A stretch of 64,000 bases of DNA, taken from contig MHFR01000042.1 of assembly GCA_001804285.1 (NCBI GenBank), positions 14,725 through 78,724 on the forward strand, given 5' to 3'. Numbering within the stretch: position 1 is the stretch's first letter; each line of letters opens with the position of its first letter. This document shows positions 55,082-64,000 of the stretch, piece by piece. The notes under the pieces are model-generated. The model did not search any database. It saw only the letters and a list, made by a program, of their open reading frames with translations, and was not told where the DNA came from. The translations under genes and the position numbers were made by a program. Source of the DNA: Candidatus Danuiimicrobium aquiferis. Lineage in GTDB: Bacteria; Omnitrophota; Omnitrophia; Omnitrophales; Danuiimicrobiaceae.

Positions 55082-57046
55082 TTACATCAAATCATAGATT
55101 TTATAAGTTTTGCTCTGAAATACTGCGGGAAGATCGAGATCTCTTTCATCTACCAGATAGCGCGCATTGGCGAGATGTCCGAATTTTCTCAGAACATCAG
55201 GCGTTTTGAACTTTTTCCAATAATTCATCCGGACAGCCATATACCATTGTTTTTGGTTATGGGTTGTGAATTCTTTTTTTAAATTAAGAAGACCGATGAC
55301 TTGGTCATCAAACGCTTTGAGCCGTGCGTCGGGAAAATAAAAGTAATAACGATCAGGAAAAATTCTGTAGAGGGACCGCTCGCTAAAAGAACGCCACGAT
55401 CCCACATAAGAGATAAAACGGTCAAGCGGCTTCGTATTGTTTTTCGCCCATATTTGGGCATGATAGAAATCTCGATTTCCCTCACTAGAAAAATCGTAGA
55501 AATTATTTATACTGAAATAACACAAAGAAATCATGATCAAAAAAATGACCAAATGAATTGATTTGATCTGAAGCGCCGGGAGCTTTCTCAACAAAACCCA
55601 TCGATTTAAAAAAGGGAACAAGGCCGCACAAATAGAACCGAAAGAGATCAGAAGTTTATGAGGGGTAAATAAAAATATTTTCAGGTCCACTAAAAAGTCA
55701 TACCGGAAATAATCGTATAGACTCCAACTCTTTCCGATATTTTCCGCGGTGAAAGGATCCGGTTTGGGGGATTGGTAAAAGATCCAAACGGCGGTCCAAG
55801 CAATGCCAATGACGACCATGGTTTTCTTCAAAAATAATTTCAAGCGTGTATTTAGCGGAGAATTTTCAAGAATCAAATAAAAACCCAAAAAAAGAATCGG
55901 CGCTTTATCAAGGCCCGTGGGACGGCCAACGATCATGAATAAAATAATAAAGGCTGTGGTTGCGCGAACGAACCATGAAGAATGGAGTAGATGATCTCTG
56001 AAAAATAAAACCATAACGGGAAGCATGACGACTGCCAGAAGTGTCGGAGATCGAAGGCCCATTAATTGAACAAGTTTCGGGAATTGAATCCAGTGACCCA
56101 GAAGTTGGGAAAAGCATAAACAAACGGTTGCGATGATGGAGCTAATAATTAAACGGCGATAAGAGTTTCCCATTTGGCCCCATGCAGGGTAAGTCAAAAA
56201 TACTAAAAGCGTAAAAGCAACCGCATTGGGGAAATTAACCCACCATGTATATGATTCCCACGGGGTTGCATGCATATTGAGGCGCAGTACATTTAAAATA
56301 TCGTCCATTGAAACGCGTGGATAATTGCTGTTAATCAGAAATAACGTCGGAGCTAATGCGCAGACCAACGGAATCAGCAAAAGGAAGAGTTTGTAAATTC
56401 GGGGTGTAGCACTTTTGAAACAGGTGAAAATGAAAACGGTTAAAATAGCGTACAGTGTAAAGGATGGATGGATTAACCCCGCAACTGCCAGCAAAAAATA
56501 ACCGGTAATTTTTTCTTCTGAAATAAAACACAACCCCAACCATAGAAATGGTAGAACCAAAATGCCCGCGTAAGGGACACTGATTTCGGTAAAATTCCCA
56601 AAATTCCAACAGGAATAGCCTGATAGAAGCATGAAAATCAAGCCAAACAGGAGTTCTGTCCGGCTCAGCTTTATATTTTTATGTTTTGTTAAAACGAAGA
56701 GAATCGATAAGGGTAAAGCAAATAATTGAAAAAAAGTCAGGAAGTGATGAATCCACAGAATGGAAATATGAAGATAATTGGCAAGAAACAGCGAACCGTA
56801 ATTTAAAATCGATCCCAAAACATTTTTTCCTAACTGATAGCCTAAGATATCGTTATGAAAACGCTCAAAATATCTTGAAATAATGTAATACGTATAGATG
56901 TCGTCGTCTGAGTTTGCTAAGGCGATCAGATACTTATAATTGGCAAAATATGGGAAAGCGTGAATTCCGATTAAGCAGCTCAAAATAAAATAAAACAAAA
57001 TTTGAGGGGTTTGAAAGAAAGGAATTTTTTTTTTTGGAAAATTCAT
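55082..57046 (-). CDS. Polytopic membrane protein (GT-C-like), paralog of 58246-60237
   Basis: Many TM helices; shares DDDIYTYY, RLNMHATPW, GLRSPTL, AQ.WAKNNT and WRS.SER with its neighbour. Confidence 0.75.
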   Translation of the reverse strand: MNFPKKKIPFFQTPQILFYFILSCLIGIHAFPYFANYKYLIALANSDDDIYTYYIISRYFERFHNDILGYQLGKNVLGSILNYGSLFLANYLHISILWIHHFLTFFQLFALPLSILFVLTKHKNIKLSRTELLFGLIFMLLSGYSCWNFGNFTEISVPYAGILVLPFLWLGLCFISEEKITGYFLLAVAGLIHPSFTLYAILTVFIFTCFKSATPRIYKLFLLLIPLVCALAPTLFLINSNYPRVSMDDILNVLRLNMHATPWESYTWWVNFPNAVAFTLLVFLTYPAWGQMGNSYRRLIISSIIATVCLCFSQLLGHWIQFPKLVQLMGLRSPTLLAVVMLPVMVLFFRDHLLHSSWFVRATTAFIILFMIVGRPTGLDKAPILFLGFYLILENSPLNTRLKLFLKKTMVVIGIAWTAVWIFYQSPKPDPFTAENIGKSWSLYDYFRYDFLVDLKIFLFTPHKLLISFGSICAALFPFLNRWVLLRKLPALQIKSIHLVIFLIMISLCYFSINNFYDFSSEGNRDFYHAQIWAKNNTKPLDRFISYVGSWRSFSERSLYRIFPDRYYFYFPDARLKAFDDQVIGLLNLKKEFTTHNQKQWYMAVRMNYWKKFKTPDVLRKFGHLANARYLVDERDLDLPAVFQSKTYKIYDLM

Positions 57047-57065
57047 AGGATTTAACGGATCAACT

Positions 57066-58184
57066 TTATATGCCGTAAAATGTTTTAAAACTATTAACCA
57101 CGTACTCCATCTGTGGTTTTTCAAGTTCCGGGTAGATAGGGATAGCGATGGTTTCTTTAGCCGCTTTTTCGCTTTCAGGAAAATCTCCTTCGCGGTAGCC
57201 TAAGTACCGGAAGCATTCCTGTACGTGAAGCGGGAGCGGATAATAAATTTCACAGCCAATAGTTTTTTCTTTTAAGAACGTGATTAATTCATCCCGTTTC
57301 GGAACCCGGATAATAAATTGATTGAAAATATGACGATTTGTTTTAGTTTCTGGTAAAGAAAGCGGTACTTTCTTTACCATGCCTGATTCTATAAACAAGC
57401 GCTCATAATATTGGGCGTTTTCTTGGCGTTTGTTTGACCAGCCATCCAGGTATTTGATTTTTACGGTGATAACCGCTGCTTGAATACTGTCCAATCTGAA
57501 ATTCCCGCCGATAAGCGGATGATAATATTTTGGGCTCGAACCGTGGGCGCGAAGCATTTTAAGTTTCTTTGCCCTGTCTTCATCGTTTGTTACGACAATT
57601 CCTCCGTCACCGAAGCAACCCAAATTTTTCGACGGAAAAAAAGAAAAGCAACCGTAATCACCGATGGAGCCGGCGCGTTTTCCTTTATATTCTGCCCCGA
57701 TGGCTTGACAGGCGTCCTCAATTACCGTTAATTGATGTTTTTTTGCGATTGAGACAATGGGATCCATATCGGCTACCTGGCCGTATAAATGGACGGGCAT
57801 GATTGCTTTGGTTTTGGCAGTTATTTTCTTTTGGATTTGATCCGGCGCAAGGTTGTAGGTATCCGGGTCGATATCGACGAAAACCGGTGTTGCACCGACA
57901 CGGGCGATTGATCCGGCCGTTGCAAAAAAGGTATATGGAGAAGTAATCACTTCATGCCCGGTGCCTATATTTTCGCACATCAACGCGATGATCAAGGCGT
58001 CTGTCCCGGAGGAAATACCGCAAGCGAAGCGCGTCTTGCAATACTGAGCAACGGCCGTTTCGCAGGATTCAACGTCAGGGCCTAAAATAAACTTTTGAGA
58101 TTCTATGACTCGATGAACCGCTTGATCCAATTCCTGTTTGATAGAGTCATATTGTGCTTTTAAATCTAAAAGAGGTATATGCAT
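57066..58184 (-). CDS. DegT/DnrJ/EryC1/StrS sugar aminotransferase
   Basis: IPLLDLKAQY, SSGTDAL, PVHLYGQ, EDACQA, SFFPSKNLG. Confidence 0.93.
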   Translation of the reverse strand: MHIPLLDLKAQYDSIKQELDQAVHRVIESQKFILGPDVESCETAVAQYCKTRFACGISSGTDALIIALMCENIGTGHEVITSPYTFFATAGSIARVGATPVFVDIDPDTYNLAPDQIQKKITAKTKAIMPVHLYGQVADMDPIVSIAKKHQLTVIEDACQAIGAEYKGKRAGSIGDYGCFSFFPSKNLGCFGDGGIVVTNDEDRAKKLKMLRAHGSSPKYYHPLIGGNFRLDSIQAAVITVKIKYLDGWSNKRQENAQYYERLFIESGMVKKVPLSLPETKTNRHIFNQFIIRVPKRDELITFLKEKTIGCEIYYPLPLHVQECFRYLGYREGDFPESEKAAKETIAIPIYPELEKPQMEYVVNSFKTFYGI

Positions 58185-58245
58185 AGTTAATCCTTTGTCT
58201 GAAAACTTTAATTCCGAATATTGTATGTAAAACTTGCGGTGTTGG

Positions 58246-60237
58246 TCAAGTCTGTAAAACCGAAATATTTTGAGACAAATCGTAAATTTTAAATGTCTTA
58301 TTACCGTAAACCTGCGGAAGTTTTAAATCTCTTTCTTCAACTAAATATTTACAGCCCGTAATTTCGCCAAGGCGTCTAAGCTTTTCGGGAGAGGTAACTC
58401 TTGCATAGTAATTCATTTTTGCCGCAAAATACCATTGTTTGAGATTGTATGTTTTGAATTCTTCCCGGAGGCCCAGCAAATAGATGATCAGATCGTCTAT
58501 TTGTTTAATTCTGCGGTCGGGATAATAAAAATACCGACGCTGAGGAATGACCTGGAAAGCGGCGCGTTCGCTGATGCTGCGCCAGGCCCCGGCAGTTGTG
58601 AGAAATCGATCGTAAGGATCGGTATTGTTTTTTGCCCACAATTGGGCATTGTATAAATCGCGCCTGTATTGACTGCTGAATGATTTGAAACGATGAACAG
58701 AAATAGTGCAAGTCATGAACAGACAAAGGCAGAGAATGAATGTAATTGATTTAGCGATTGAGAGTTTTTGGATTTTCAGGGATCTAATGTTCGACACAAA
58801 AGGGACGAGAGATGTGAATAATGCGCACGCAAAGACGAGAAGTCTTTTAGGCAGATGGATGCCGGGTTTATAGTCGAAAATACCACTATACTTAAAATAG
58901 TCCCACACGTTCCAAAACCTATCAAGATTTTGACTTGAAAAGGGATTGGGTCTGCGGCCCTCATGCAGAACCCGAAAAATACTCCATACTAAAACTAACG
59001 CCAGGAGAATTCTTTCCAAATAAAGCGAATTTATTCTTGTCCGTAATCTTGCTTGCTTCAGAAGGAAAAGCAACCCCAGCAACATGATAGGGGTTTTGTC
59101 AAGACCGTATGGGTGAAGGATCAAGATAGAACTTACAATCCAGGCGCTTGTGAAGCGGATGGAGAATGATTCGTGAGATAAACATTCCATAAAAAAAAGA
59201 ATAAGAATGGGCAATATCACAATAGCCATTAAGGTTGGAGAACGAAGCCCAAGGATTTGCACCAGCCTATAAAGTCCAAAATGATAACCGATTAGATGGC
59301 TTATACAAAGGAATACAGTTGCAATCAAGGTGCTGACGAGCAGCGTTCGATAGGATTTCCCAAGCTTGTTCCATCGGGGGATGGTTATGATAATGAGGAA
59401 CATGAAAGCGATGGTATTGGGAAACCCTTCATACCAATTGGTAAATGGAGAAGCCCAGGGGGTGGCATGCATATTCAGACGCATGACCATTTCCAATCCT
59501 TCCGCATTGACGCGCGGGAAATTGCCGCTTAAAGCGATCATCGGAGGAACAATCGCGCAGGCGAAGGGAATGGCAAGCAGAAAAGCTTTTTTTATTTGAA
59601 ATGATCGGTCGTAGAACATATTGAAAACAAACACAGCCAGAATCGCATATAAGCCGATTGACGCGTGAATGAGACAAGTTAAAGAGAGTAAAAAATATCC
59701 TTTTTTCTTTTCCTGCGAAAGCCAGTACAAACTGAGCCACGCAAACGGGTGAACAAAATTTCCGGGGTAGGGAACGTCAGGCATGCCGTAATTTGCAAAA
59801 TTCCAATATGCATAGCCCGAAATAAGGGTGAAATAAAAAGAAAAAAGCATTTCGGTCTTGGTAAGATTGAAGCGTCGTTTCAGAAATAATACGAGTAATA
59901 TGGGAAATGAGAATAATTGTAAACACATCAGGCACTGATAAATCCAAAGAATCGGAATCCGGAAAATGTTGGCCAGGAATAAACTCCCATAGTTAACTAT
60001 GGATCCTCCGACATTGCCTTTTATCAAATAGCCGACGACGTCATTTTGGAACCGGTCCAGATATTTTGTGATGACGTAATAAGTATAAATGCTGTCATCA
60101 TCCACAGCTTCGGCAATTAAATATTTGCAGTGCACCAAATAGGGCAGGAAATAAAGAAGTACCGAAGAAAATAAAATAAATGCGAATAAAAGTCGTGAAA
60201 AATCAAAAGAATTAAACGGACGTTCTCTATTTTCCAT
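58246..60237 (-). CDS. Polytopic membrane protein (GT-C-like), paralog of 55082-57046
   Basis: Acidic DDDS motif after the first TM helix; collinear similarity to its paralog. Confidence 0.75.
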   Translation of the reverse strand: MENRERPFNSFDFSRLLFAFILFSSVLLYFLPYLVHCKYLIAEAVDDDSIYTYYVITKYLDRFQNDVVGYLIKGNVGGSIVNYGSLFLANIFRIPILWIYQCLMCLQLFSFPILLVLFLKRRFNLTKTEMLFSFYFTLISGYAYWNFANYGMPDVPYPGNFVHPFAWLSLYWLSQEKKKGYFLLSLTCLIHASIGLYAILAVFVFNMFYDRSFQIKKAFLLAIPFACAIVPPMIALSGNFPRVNAEGLEMVMRLNMHATPWASPFTNWYEGFPNTIAFMFLIIITIPRWNKLGKSYRTLLVSTLIATVFLCISHLIGYHFGLYRLVQILGLRSPTLMAIVILPILILFFMECLSHESFSIRFTSAWIVSSILILHPYGLDKTPIMLLGLLFLLKQARLRTRINSLYLERILLALVLVWSIFRVLHEGRRPNPFSSQNLDRFWNVWDYFKYSGIFDYKPGIHLPKRLLVFACALFTSLVPFVSNIRSLKIQKLSIAKSITFILCLCLFMTCTISVHRFKSFSSQYRRDLYNAQLWAKNNTDPYDRFLTTAGAWRSISERAAFQVIPQRRYFYYPDRRIKQIDDLIIYLLGLREEFKTYNLKQWYFAAKMNYYARVTSPEKLRRLGEITGCKYLVEERDLKLPQVYGNKTFKIYDLSQNISVLQT

Positions 60238-60242
60238 AAGAT

Positions 60243-61859
60243 TTAAATTGATGAACGTTCATAGAAATATTTTGAAGAAGCCATGTGCATCATGGAATAT
60301 TTTTTTCCGGTGAGCAGGGAAATTGCCGGATTTCCGGGGATTAGTTTGTCTGTTAGGAGCGGTTCGCCGTTCGATTGGAAAATAATTTCACGTTCAATCG
60401 AGTAATTTAATCGCGTGCATTGTCTCATAAGAAACCGGACCAATGCTTTTTTCCCCAACTCCCTCAACCATTTCAATTTCCAGAATGTAAGATTTAAAAA
60501 ACGAAGAATTAAAAATGAAAACGGGTCTGGCAACGGGCGTTTGATAGCAAAAACGGGAGACTTAATTTTAATCCGGTCCGATTTCCGTTCTACAATATTC
60601 AAATCCGACAGCATTTGCGTCGTTCCGAACATTCGCCCTTTTTTTTCAAGCAGGATTCCGCAGTCGTCCAACCGTACCCGGTTCGTTGATTTATTGAAAG
60701 ATTTTATAACACCGCCTTTTTTCCAGCTGATGACGGTGTAAAATTCTGTTGAGTTGCGGATGTCAATCCCGGCTTCCTCAAAAGTTCTTTCGAAATCCAA
60801 ATTTTCATACGGAAGTTTTTGTTCCGGAATTTTCAAGATGTCGTTTTGTTTAAGAATAAATTCCGCAAAAAGGACATTTGAGAAGAGAGGAGTCAAGTTT
60901 TGCATGTCAACGCTTAACGGTGTGACAGTCCTGTTCCCTTGATATGCCGAGATGCACCAACCTAAAAGAGGAGCGGCGCACGGAATGTATTTGGCAAGAA
61001 GCGCAATTCCGCCGGGATAAATGATTTCACAATTTCTTGAACCATACTCTCCCCCGAAGGAGCCGTCCGGATGCGCGAAATAAGAAACAAAATCGGTTGC
61101 TTTCCGAAGGCTTTCCCATAGCGTCTCATTCTTTGTCATTTCGTAAAGTTGAGCTAAATAATAAACACAAAGTGTTTGATAGCTTGGATCCGCGCCGTTA
61201 TATTCAAGATACCAGCCTTCTTCGGATTGACGGGACAAAACCCGGTTTTCGTAATAGTTTGACCGGTTTTTATATTTTTCATCATGCGTTAAAATAAACA
61301 ATTTATAAAGTCCGGTTGCTGCCCCTGCGAGATGATTGCTGATAAAGCCGTGTTCTTCGTCATGTTGAATAAGATAATTTCCCGCATGGATTAACATCTC
61401 CTGATATTCGACGAAGAGCTGATGGTCGCCGAGGCAGATTTCGGTAAAATCACATAATAAAAAAGCGGAGAGCGCGTGAGAATGTTCATTGGGAAAAGCC
61501 TGATCAAAAGAGCCGTCACGGTGTTGAATTTTTGAAGCGAAGCGAAACACGGCATTAATTTCAGATGTGTATTTTTCATGGTTGATAAGATGGAGAAGCA
61601 AGGCAACTCGCTGCAAAGCCGCATCCGGATAATCAATTAATTTCCAGCCCCAATAAAGACGGTCTGCGCAGCCGAATGAGGGAGAAAACGGATCCCGGTC
61701 GATCGAGGAAAGAATCCTCGGAAGATTTGCAGCCCGGTAATCCGGAAATGTATGGAATGTTTCTTTATGAGTCAAGGAACGTCCTATGCCAAAGTTCGAC
61801 ACAAATGAGTCCCCATACGCCCCGCATGGAAGGAAGGTTCTCATGAAGTGCCTGTTCAA
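60243..61859 (-). CDS. Hypothetical alpha-helical barrel-like protein in the polysaccharide locus; start uncertain
   Basis: QHRDGSF, QSEEGWYLEYNGADPSY and HPDGSFGGEYGSR repeats; the ORF as called overlaps asnB. Confidence 0.7.
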   Translation of the reverse strand: MNRHFMRTFLPCGAYGDSFVSNFGIGRSLTHKETFHTFPDYRAANLPRILSSIDRDPFSPSFGCADRLYWGWKLIDYPDAALQRVALLLHLINHEKYTSEINAVFRFASKIQHRDGSFDQAFPNEHSHALSAFLLCDFTEICLGDHQLFVEYQEMLIHAGNYLIQHDEEHGFISNHLAGAATGLYKLFILTHDEKYKNRSNYYENRVLSRQSEEGWYLEYNGADPSYQTLCVYYLAQLYEMTKNETLWESLRKATDFVSYFAHPDGSFGGEYGSRNCEIIYPGGIALLAKYIPCAAPLLGWCISAYQGNRTVTPLSVDMQNLTPLFSNVLFAEFILKQNDILKIPEQKLPYENLDFERTFEEAGIDIRNSTEFYTVISWKKGGVIKSFNKSTNRVRLDDCGILLEKKGRMFGTTQMLSDLNIVERKSDRIKIKSPVFAIKRPLPDPFSFLILRFLNLTFWKLKWLRELGKKALVRFLMRQCTRLNYSIEREIIFQSNGEPLLTDKLIPGNPAISLLTGKKYSMMHMASSKYFYERSSI

Positions 61860-63651
61860 GATTTTGTGTTTGATAAATTCCGCGCTGTTTGAATTTTTGT
61901 GAATGAATCATATCCATAACAAAATGGTGAACGGGATTGTGAGGATCCCGAAGCCATTCGGCGAGCGGAACCGGAAACCCCATCTTGTCTTTCCGGTCAA
62001 TAATTGGTTTCGGGAGGACTCCTCTCATCATTTGAAGAAGAAGGTATTTAAGTTTTCCATTTTTAAATTTAATGGTCGGAGGGATTTTCATTAAGAGTTC
62101 AACGATGCGCCGATCAAGGAACGGGACTCTGGATTCCATGCTGACAGCCATGGAAATGCGGTCTTCTACCTGAAGCAGAGCCGGTAAAAGTGTTTGTTGA
62201 TCGAAATAGGACATGGCATTGAAATAAGAGAAAACGTTTTTTCGTTTAAACAATTGGTCAAAGCGGTTTTGGATTTTTTGCGTATCGATTTCGTCTGTTA
62301 TAAACAGATCACTTATGTTTGAAGCTTTGTTGGTGAGACGGAAATATCTTTGATTCAGCGGACCAAAGAGGCCGTCCTGCCAGAAGTATTGAAGCAGCGG
62401 CTTATATTGTTTAAGGGAGCTTAAACTTTCGAGAATGGATGAAAACGTGACGACGTACGGGCGGTCGTCAATGGTTTCATCAATGGCTGCGCGAATACAT
62501 TCTTCAAGATACCCGATTAGATAACGCGTGTAACCACCAAAAAGTTCATCGCCGCCTTGTCCGCCCAGAACGACCTTCACATGTTGCTTGGCAAGTTTGG
62601 ACACGAAATATTGCGGGAATGAACCGGGGCCTGCAACCGGTTCGTCGAGATGATAAATGATTTTTTGAATCGATTCCGTGAAATCTTTTGGGGTGATGGA
62701 GGTTTCGTAGTATTCTGAATTTGTTTTTTCCGCGACTAATTTTGCGTATTTCGACTCATCGTAATTGACACCTTCCGGGAACTTCCCCGTAAATGTTTTG
62801 ATTCCGCGTTTTAATAGATCTGAGGCAAGAACCGTTACGGAGGACGAATCCAATCCGCCGCTCAAATAAGCGCCAAGCGGGACATCTGATCGTAATTGAA
62901 TGCGAACGGAATCGGTGAGAAGTTCAATGAGTTTGTGCGTGAAGCCTTCTTCTGTGTGGTAAGAGTCGACAGAGAAGTTAGGTTCCCAGTATCGCTGGAT
63001 TTTAATATGTCTCTGGCGGCTGACCATTGCGTAATGAGCCGGCTCGAGCTTGAAAATATCCTTAAAAAATGTTTCGTTTCCCAAGGTGAATTGGAAATGT
63101 AAATAATCATGATAGGCTGTTTGATCAAGGCTTGCTTTATAATCTGGCGCCGCCAGAATGCTTTTAATTTCAGAAGCAAAATAAAAACCATGCGGGCCGT
63201 TCCAGTAATAAAGGGGTTTGATTCCGAAGGGATCGCGCGCGAGAAAGAGTGTTTTTTCTTTATTGTCCCAAATGGCAAAAGCGAACATGCCGATTAATTG
63301 ATTCAGGCATTCCGGTCCGAAAGCGTGATATGCATTTAACACGACTTCGGTATCCGATTGGGTTCGAAACGTATAACCTTTTTGATTCAATTGTTGCCGG
63401 AGTTCAAGGTAGTTATAAACTTCCCCGTTATAAACGATGGTATAGCGGCCATCCGTTGTAGTTTGCGGTTGAGAGCCTGTTTGTAAATCAATGATGCAGA
63501 GCCGCCGGTGGACCATAGACAGGCAATCATTTTCGAAATAATTGAGTTCATCAGGTCCGCGATGAATGATACGTTCGCCCATTTTTTCAACTTGATGGAA
63601 ACGCTCATTTTGCGGGATTTTTAAACTTAAAATTCCTGCGATTCCGCACAT
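61765..63651 (-). CDS. asnB: Asparagine synthase-like glutamine amidotransferase, probably for polysaccharide amidation
   Basis: MCGIAG, HRGPD, YNGEVYN, RDPFGIKPLY, LSGGLDSS, GGDELFGGY, ESRVPFLD. Confidence 0.9.
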   Translation of the reverse strand: MCGIAGILSLKIPQNERFHQVEKMGERIIHRGPDELNYFENDCLSMVHRRLCIIDLQTGSQPQTTTDGRYTIVYNGEVYNYLELRQQLNQKGYTFRTQSDTEVVLNAYHAFGPECLNQLIGMFAFAIWDNKEKTLFLARDPFGIKPLYYWNGPHGFYFASEIKSILAAPDYKASLDQTAYHDYLHFQFTLGNETFFKDIFKLEPAHYAMVSRQRHIKIQRYWEPNFSVDSYHTEEGFTHKLIELLTDSVRIQLRSDVPLGAYLSGGLDSSSVTVLASDLLKRGIKTFTGKFPEGVNYDESKYAKLVAEKTNSEYYETSITPKDFTESIQKIIYHLDEPVAGPGSFPQYFVSKLAKQHVKVVLGGQGGDELFGGYTRYLIGYLEECIRAAIDETIDDRPYVVTFSSILESLSSLKQYKPLLQYFWQDGLFGPLNQRYFRLTNKASNISDLFITDEIDTQKIQNRFDQLFKRKNVFSYFNAMSYFDQQTLLPALLQVEDRISMAVSMESRVPFLDRRIVELLMKIPPTIKFKNGKLKYLLLQMMRGVLPKPIIDRKDKMGFPVPLAEWLRDPHNPVHHFVMDMIHSQKFKQRGIYQTQNLEQALHENLPSMRGVWGLICVELWHRTFLDS

Positions 63652-63669
63652 AAATTAATTTGGATGGTA

Positions 63670-63999
63670 TTAATTTGAAATAATTTGAAATCGTTTTAAT
63701 CGTTTTTTGACCAAGCGGTCGAATAAAATTCTATCACCGCGGTATGATTTTGATACGCCTTTGTATTGATATTTCCAGCCGCCAAACGGCCAATGATAAA
63801 GAAAAGCCATGGTAAAATAACCGAGCGTTGTAACGCTTGAAATCATTTTGCTGGGGCTCCGTTTGCGGTCGTAGTGCAAATAGTGCCCGATTTCCGAAAA
63901 TTTTGCGCCAAGAAGATTCAGCTTTACCAATTTTTCAAGCGTTCCGGTAAATCCGAGTCCTTTCAACTGGATGAAGCTGTTGCCGTAAAGTTTAACCGC
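63670..63999 (-). CDS. Glycosyltransferase family 2 C-terminus, 5' partial
   Basis: Frame open to the window edge; GF...EKLVKL...AKFSEI...YDRK.SPSKM resembles the tail of DPM1-like GT2 enzymes. Confidence 0.6.
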   Translation of the reverse strand, partial: AVKLYGNSFIQLKGLGFTGTLEKLVKLNLLGAKFSEIGHYLHYDRKRSPSKMISSVTTLGYFTMAFLYHWPFGGWKYQYKGVSKSYRGDRILFDRLVKKRLKRFQIISN

Positions 64000-64000
64000 A

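Overview
Bacterial chromosomal window. Gene content (giant multi-module ORF, ATP/ADP translocase, PilT, Omp85 barrel, diderm envelope genes) suggests Omnitrophota/PVC, but that is inference only. Bases 2-9112 are the 3' part of a giant ORF, open from the window edge (>3,030 codons). Twenty R-[S/A]-E-[A/V]-R-type motifs cut it into cargo modules and short linkers made of palindromic or repeat DNA. The cargo includes a WD40 propeller, a membrane-anchored HEXXH peptidase-like domain and several unknown domains. Two cargo modules are complete toxin-antitoxin operons on the opposite strand, each with its own sigma70-like promoter, and the sense frame stays open across them. This in-frame cassette/polyprotein architecture is the most unusual feature of the window. 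Downstream, in order: a glucan-utilisation cluster (glycoamylase/CBM, ROK), biotin genes interleaved with fabG/fabF, a SecY paralog with a C-terminal extension, a GH1 glucosidase with an in-frame REP insertion, an MnmA-LarE fusion, a degenerate three-gene Rnf-like set, pilT, and a housekeeping block (polA coaE rho rpmE prfA prmC murA rpsP trmD rplS rnhB YraN). Then come a phosphatase/Omp85/secreted kinase-like/NTT cluster and part of a surface-polysaccharide locus. Intergenic DNA is rich in REP-like and MITE-like palindromes. No rRNA, tRNA, CRISPR array or transposase was recognised.
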